Virus record (IMG/VR): IMGVR_UViG_3300021255_002065
Location: 32,001-96,000 of that record
Origin: a virus
Lineage: Duplodnaviria; Caudoviricetes
Length of the DNA stretch: 64,000 nucleotides
Reading direction: 5' to 3' (one strand)
Shown here: positions 60,099 to 64,000 of the stretch, piece after piece
Position numbering within the stretch: the stretch's first letter is position 1
Layout: each line of letters opens with the position of its first letter
Position numbers and translations under genes: made by a program
The notes under the pieces: generated by a model
Told to the model about the DNA's origin: nothing
The model's input: the letters and a program-made list of their open reading frames with translations, nothing else
The model's database searches: none

Positions 60099-60857
60099 TT
60101 AGAAGAATTGAACCAATTCCAAATCGTCATAATGGAAAGATTGTGTCCATTTATCAACAAGCTCTTTACGTGCTGCTTCTGCACCACTCCAGTCATCAAT
60201 CTTAACATTGATTTCTTTAAATGCAGAACCAACTTGATTCATATTCTTTAATTGATTATACAGAACTCGTTGTACATCTAATACAGCAAGTTCCATGAAA
60301 GATTCACGACAAGATTCTGGAATCGTTTCACCAGTTAAGTCGTGTTCACATTTTACCACAAATTTCACAAAAATGTTTTCGGGGAAATTGAATAATTGTA
60401 TCTTATTATAACCCAGCCATTTAGATGTTGGAGTGGTTTGGGTAATGCCTGCATACTTATTAATGGCAGCACCAGTTTGTGTTGCGTTTAGAATATCCTG
60501 TGGATAATAAGAACCGAATCCGACAAATGGTGAACCAACCGTAAAAGCATTTGTTAAAATCTCTCCATCTTGATTTGTAGCAGACGCCACGTAGGCGTCT
60601 GCATAAATCACTGGTGTTGTTGTTAATGCTTCGGGTACATAATAGATGCAATTCTTCTTTGCAATATCATCCGGAGAACGAAGTCTCTTCTTTTCTTCAA
60701 ATCCTTCTTTGATCAAAGGTTTAAATTGAGAAAATGTCCGGATCGATACTTTTAAAATTTCTCCGATCACATTCTCTGTGGAATCTTTATATGGTAATGC
60801 AATTGTGTTCAAACCCAATGTGAGTTTGATATCATTTGTTACATCGGAGATATTCAT
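60099..60857 (-). CDS. Virion structural protein, possibly neck/head-completion
   Basis: 252-aa ORF in the head cluster; ETIP..F.ELA.LDV...LY...K..IDDW pattern. Confidence 0.45.
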   Translation of the reverse strand: MNISDVTNDIKLTLGLNTIALPYKDSTENVIGEILKVSIRTFSQFKPLIKEGFEEKKRLRSPDDIAKKNCIYYVPEALTTTPVIYADAYVASATNQDGEILTNAFTVGSPFVGFGSYYPQDILNATQTGAAINKYAGITQTTPTSKWLGYNKIQLFNFPENIFVKFVVKCEHDLTGETIPESCRESFMELAVLDVQRVLYNQLKNMNQVGSAFKEINVKIDDWSGAEAARKELVDKWTQSFHYDDLELVQFF

Positions 60858-60881
60858 ATTACATCACACCTTTGTTAAAAA

Positions 60882-62369
60882 TTAACCACGTTTTGCTTTT
60901 CTTCTCGCAGATAATGCATCGGCTTTCGCCTGTGCTTTATCCGCAGCTTCTTGCGCTTTTCTTGCTTTTTCTTCCAAGTCTGCTGCTTGTTTTTCCTTAT
61001 GATCAGCTTTACGACGTTTACCATTTCTGATGTCATAATAAGCAGTCGCTTCATCATGTGCTTGATCAAATTTATCACGATACTCTTTACCAAATTCTTT
61101 ACCTGCCATCTTAACAAGTCGCTGAATTTCTTTCTCACTGTAATCACCAGATGCACGAAGTTTTTCTTCATAACTCTGTTGTCCAGCTTTGATCGTATCG
61201 TTTTTACCCTTAGACATCACATGGTCACTTGTACCAAACAACCTCTGTCCTTCAGCACCTTTATGTTTTGCATAATTTGCATCAGCAGCAGTTAATTGAA
61301 TTGCTTGCACTTCTTGATTCATGATTTTTGCCGCATTCATAACAGCTTTCATCGGACCTGTCATTTGACCAAACGCTTGATCAACTGCTGGACCTTTTTC
61401 TGGATCGGAATACAATTGATTCATTGTCTTCTGCAAGTCGGTGAAGGCATTATTCATTTTTCGACACATGTCTCCAGCCATAAAGAAATAAGTTTTCCAA
61501 ATAGAAGGAGGGGATTGCACATTCTGATTCAATGCTTTCATCAAAACTTCTGAGCTCTGATTCAATTGTTGAATCATATTATTTCCCTCTGCGATAATCT
61601 GCTGTGCTGAAAATCCCTTTAACTTCTTTGCAATCTGACTAATTAAACCAGTCAAAGCTTGCATTGCATTTACACTGTCTTTTGACATGTGTGTGGGAAT
61701 GTTTCCTTCTCTGAACCAGATTCGATAGAACTCCTCCAATTTACCAGTATCCACATTTGCTGGTTTTGAAGGTTGTGCGCCGCTTGTTGAATCATCCATT
61801 GGTCCTTTGAACATACCACTGGATTTATTCTGCCAATTTGTCATAATTTGAGAAATGAATTCATCTTCAGATATGCCACTGGATCTGGCTTTTTCAACAA
61901 CTTGTGTCGCCTTATCAACAATTCCCTCTGTTTGTTTACCGGAAAAGAATTCGCCAATCTTTTTGAAGAATCCCATAATTGCATCAAAAATTCTTTGGAA
62001 AATGTTCCTTTTCTGTGCTGGATTACCCCCTGAGGGTTTCATTATTTTTGTTTGAGCAGATGTCGCACTGGCATTTGTAGCACCAGCCTGTGGACTTGGA
62101 ATGGTGCTTCCAGGAGTTGGTTTAATATTTCCTGGAGCATTTGGATTCGGAGCCGGGGCTGCAGTTGGTGCTTGTGTGGGGGCAGGTGCCCCACCACCAG
62201 CCGGTGGTTGTGAACCAGCCGGGGCTGGAGGTGCTGGGTTTTGTGTTGCTTCAGAATAATAAGATTCTAGAAGATTGCATTTTTGAGCATATTCGAGAAT
62301 TGCAATACATGTATCAAATTCACTGGAATATTTTTCCAATTCCAGTTCTCTCATCATAAAATCGGTCAT
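60882..62369 (-). CDS. Internal head / ejection-like protein
   Basis: Propeptide ending YYSE, Pro/Ala linker, IFQRIFDAIMGFFKKIGEFF helix. Confidence 0.55.
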   Translation of the reverse strand: MTDFMMRELELEKYSSEFDTCIAILEYAQKCNLLESYYSEATQNPAPPAPAGSQPPAGGGAPAPTQAPTAAPAPNPNAPGNIKPTPGSTIPSPQAGATNASATSAQTKIMKPSGGNPAQKRNIFQRIFDAIMGFFKKIGEFFSGKQTEGIVDKATQVVEKARSSGISEDEFISQIMTNWQNKSSGMFKGPMDDSTSGAQPSKPANVDTGKLEEFYRIWFREGNIPTHMSKDSVNAMQALTGLISQIAKKLKGFSAQQIIAEGNNMIQQLNQSSEVLMKALNQNVQSPPSIWKTYFFMAGDMCRKMNNAFTDLQKTMNQLYSDPEKGPAVDQAFGQMTGPMKAVMNAAKIMNQEVQAIQLTAADANYAKHKGAEGQRLFGTSDHVMSKGKNDTIKAGQQSYEEKLRASGDYSEKEIQRLVKMAGKEFGKEYRDKFDQAHDEATAYYDIRNGKRRKADHKEKQAADLEEKARKAQEAADKAQAKADALSARRKAKRG

Positions 62370-62387
62370 ATCAATACCTCCTTAAGA

Positions 62388-63983
62388 TCAGTCTTCTGGC
62401 ATCTTCTCACTGTCTCTGAGTTGACCACGTTCATTTCTTACAGCAGTGGAGAATCCAACCGTTCTCTGGTTCTCGATATTACCGCCAGCCTGTTTAATCA
62501 TTTCAATAATAAGCTCGCAACAATGAACAGTGTAATCCAGACCTTCAGATGTCATAGCAACTGCTTCTTTCATTTTTGTCATTGCTTCAGCTAATGCTTT
62601 CACACCACTCATGTATGCACCTTGTGCACGAGGATCAATTTCAGCATCTTTCTTCTGTAATGCCTTTACAATTTTTGCAAGCTGAGAAGTTCCAGAACCA
62701 CTTACTTCATGCTGAAGATTTGTGAGTGTATCATTCATATGGTTCAATGTATCAGAAATTGCATCATACGCCTCAGTCAATTGCTGACCTGTAAAGCTTG
62801 TATGATCATCACTCTTAATGGTTTCTGTCATTTTATTATAGCACTCACGAAGTTTATTAGCTTTCGTCTCTAGAGAACGTGCCCATCCCTGTGCTTGATT
62901 GAATCCAATTGTGTATTTATCACCATGATCATTGACGTGACCACCACTTGAAGTAACTTTATTGTCAGCTCTATCAAGTTTGCCACACCAATCATTCAAA
63001 TCGTCAAGTGCTTTGCTTGCATTATTTAATGCAGAAACAAATTTCTTATTAAGAATCGGAAGTCCTTTAAATTTACCAGTAACAGCTGCATCAACAGCAG
63101 TCTTTGTGAATTTTTCATCAACGACTTCTTTTACTGTCTTTTCTTTCTTGAGTCCATCTGTAGACTTGGCCTGGTTTGCCCAGCTTTCAAAATTACCGTC
63201 TGAAATATTTGCCGGAAGCGAACCGTTACCTCTATTTGAATTGCGGCCTCCACCAGGAAGCTGATGATCGGTTGCTACACGACCTCTACTACCAGAATCA
63301 ACAGATGAACTGCGACCCGTTCCCCCATCGTTTTCTTGTCTTGCACCACCCGGAAGCTGATGACCTACGGACACAGGTCTTCCATTTTTATTACCAGCAA
63401 CAAATGTACTTCCAGCCTTTGGTGATGCCTGTCCAGGTCCAGGAAGCTGACGACTAGTACTGAGTGCAGATCTTGTCGCAGATGACAATGTACTTCCAGA
63501 ACGAATGCTTGAGGTAAATGTCGGAGTACTCCAGGAAGAATTAATTCTGCTTCTAGTTCCAGAACTTGCTCCAGATACAGCTCTTGCGGCAGTGTGTACA
63601 GTATTTCTACGACGAGTCAATCTACGAATCAACCATCTGAAGAAATTGATAATTGCCATAATCAGACGAGGCAGGAATAGCAGAAATCTTGTCAACATTC
63701 TTTCACCAGGCTGTCTTGCAAGTCTTTCATTCGCTTGATCAATTGCACGGTCTGTTTTTACACGATGTTCATACATACGAGCTCTTACTCTTGTCCCAAA
63801 TCCAGGACCATTATTTGTTGTAGCAGCTTCCATTAAGAACTCCTCAGGAATGATAGATTCATCGAAATCGTATTGCTCCAAAATTGTAGAATTCTTAATA
63901 CAATCATTCATTAAATCATAAGCTGTATCCAATTCAGCAGATACGGCATATTCGTTAATAATATCAAACATTGTTTGTGTCAT
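62388..63983 (-). CDS. Internal head / ejection-like protein
   Basis: Propeptide ending FLME, amphipathic RLIMAIINFFRWLI, Arg/Ser-rich region with QLPG repeats. Confidence 0.55.
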   Translation of the reverse strand: MTQTMFDIINEYAVSAELDTAYDLMNDCIKNSTILEQYDFDESIIPEEFLMEAATTNNGPGFGTRVRARMYEHRVKTDRAIDQANERLARQPGERMLTRFLLFLPRLIMAIINFFRWLIRRLTRRRNTVHTAARAVSGASSGTRSRINSSWSTPTFTSSIRSGSTLSSATRSALSTSRQLPGPGQASPKAGSTFVAGNKNGRPVSVGHQLPGGARQENDGGTGRSSSVDSGSRGRVATDHQLPGGGRNSNRGNGSLPANISDGNFESWANQAKSTDGLKKEKTVKEVVDEKFTKTAVDAAVTGKFKGLPILNKKFVSALNNASKALDDLNDWCGKLDRADNKVTSSGGHVNDHGDKYTIGFNQAQGWARSLETKANKLRECYNKMTETIKSDDHTSFTGQQLTEAYDAISDTLNHMNDTLTNLQHEVSGSGTSQLAKIVKALQKKDAEIDPRAQGAYMSGVKALAEAMTKMKEAVAMTSEGLDYTVHCCELIIEMIKQAGGNIENQRTVGFSTAVRNERGQLRDSEKMPED

Positions 63984-64000
63984 AATAATCAATCTCCTTA

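Noticed and set aside
1-64000. Stop-codon reassignment
   Set aside because: Long genes are intact in the standard code with high coding density. The one broken gene involves TAA plus a frame change.
1-64000. tRNA or rRNA genes
   Set aside because: No cloverleaf with T-loop GTTC and acceptor stem was recognised in the intergenic gaps.

Overview
AT-rich window from a large lytic jumbo myophage of the phiKZ/AR9 type. The host is probably a Firmicute, inferred from AGGAGG RBSs, a BspA-type LRR protein and Gram-positive-type holin and wall hydrolases. Left part (1-11.7 kb): replication and nucleotide genes (end of a split family-B DNA polymerase subunit, type IIA topoisomerase A subunit, SF2 helicase, ThyX, DHH phosphoesterase), small accessory genes and two holin-like genes. 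Middle (11.7-41.6 kb): tail, baseplate and receptor-binding genes, a RusA-like resolvase invaded by a convergent double-HNH endonuclease, and two virion proteins. 41.7-45.1 kb: early accessory cassettes. Right part: a 3458-aa tape-measure/multi-hydrolase protein and a family of internal-head-like paralogues. Most notable observations: (1) the helicase is broken exactly in Walker A by an 8-nt Gly-stop-Gly insert, a candidate for translational bypassing; (2) the giant tail protein carries a C39-like protease bracketed by recurring G-x-G-D motifs, a candidate self-processing polyprotein; (3) the HNH element carries a replacement 3' end of its target gene; (4) repeated H-type pseudoknots precede each early cistron; (5) an orphan ~165-nt structured element; (6) candidate early and late phage promoter motifs. 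All calls come from motif reading only; no searches were run.
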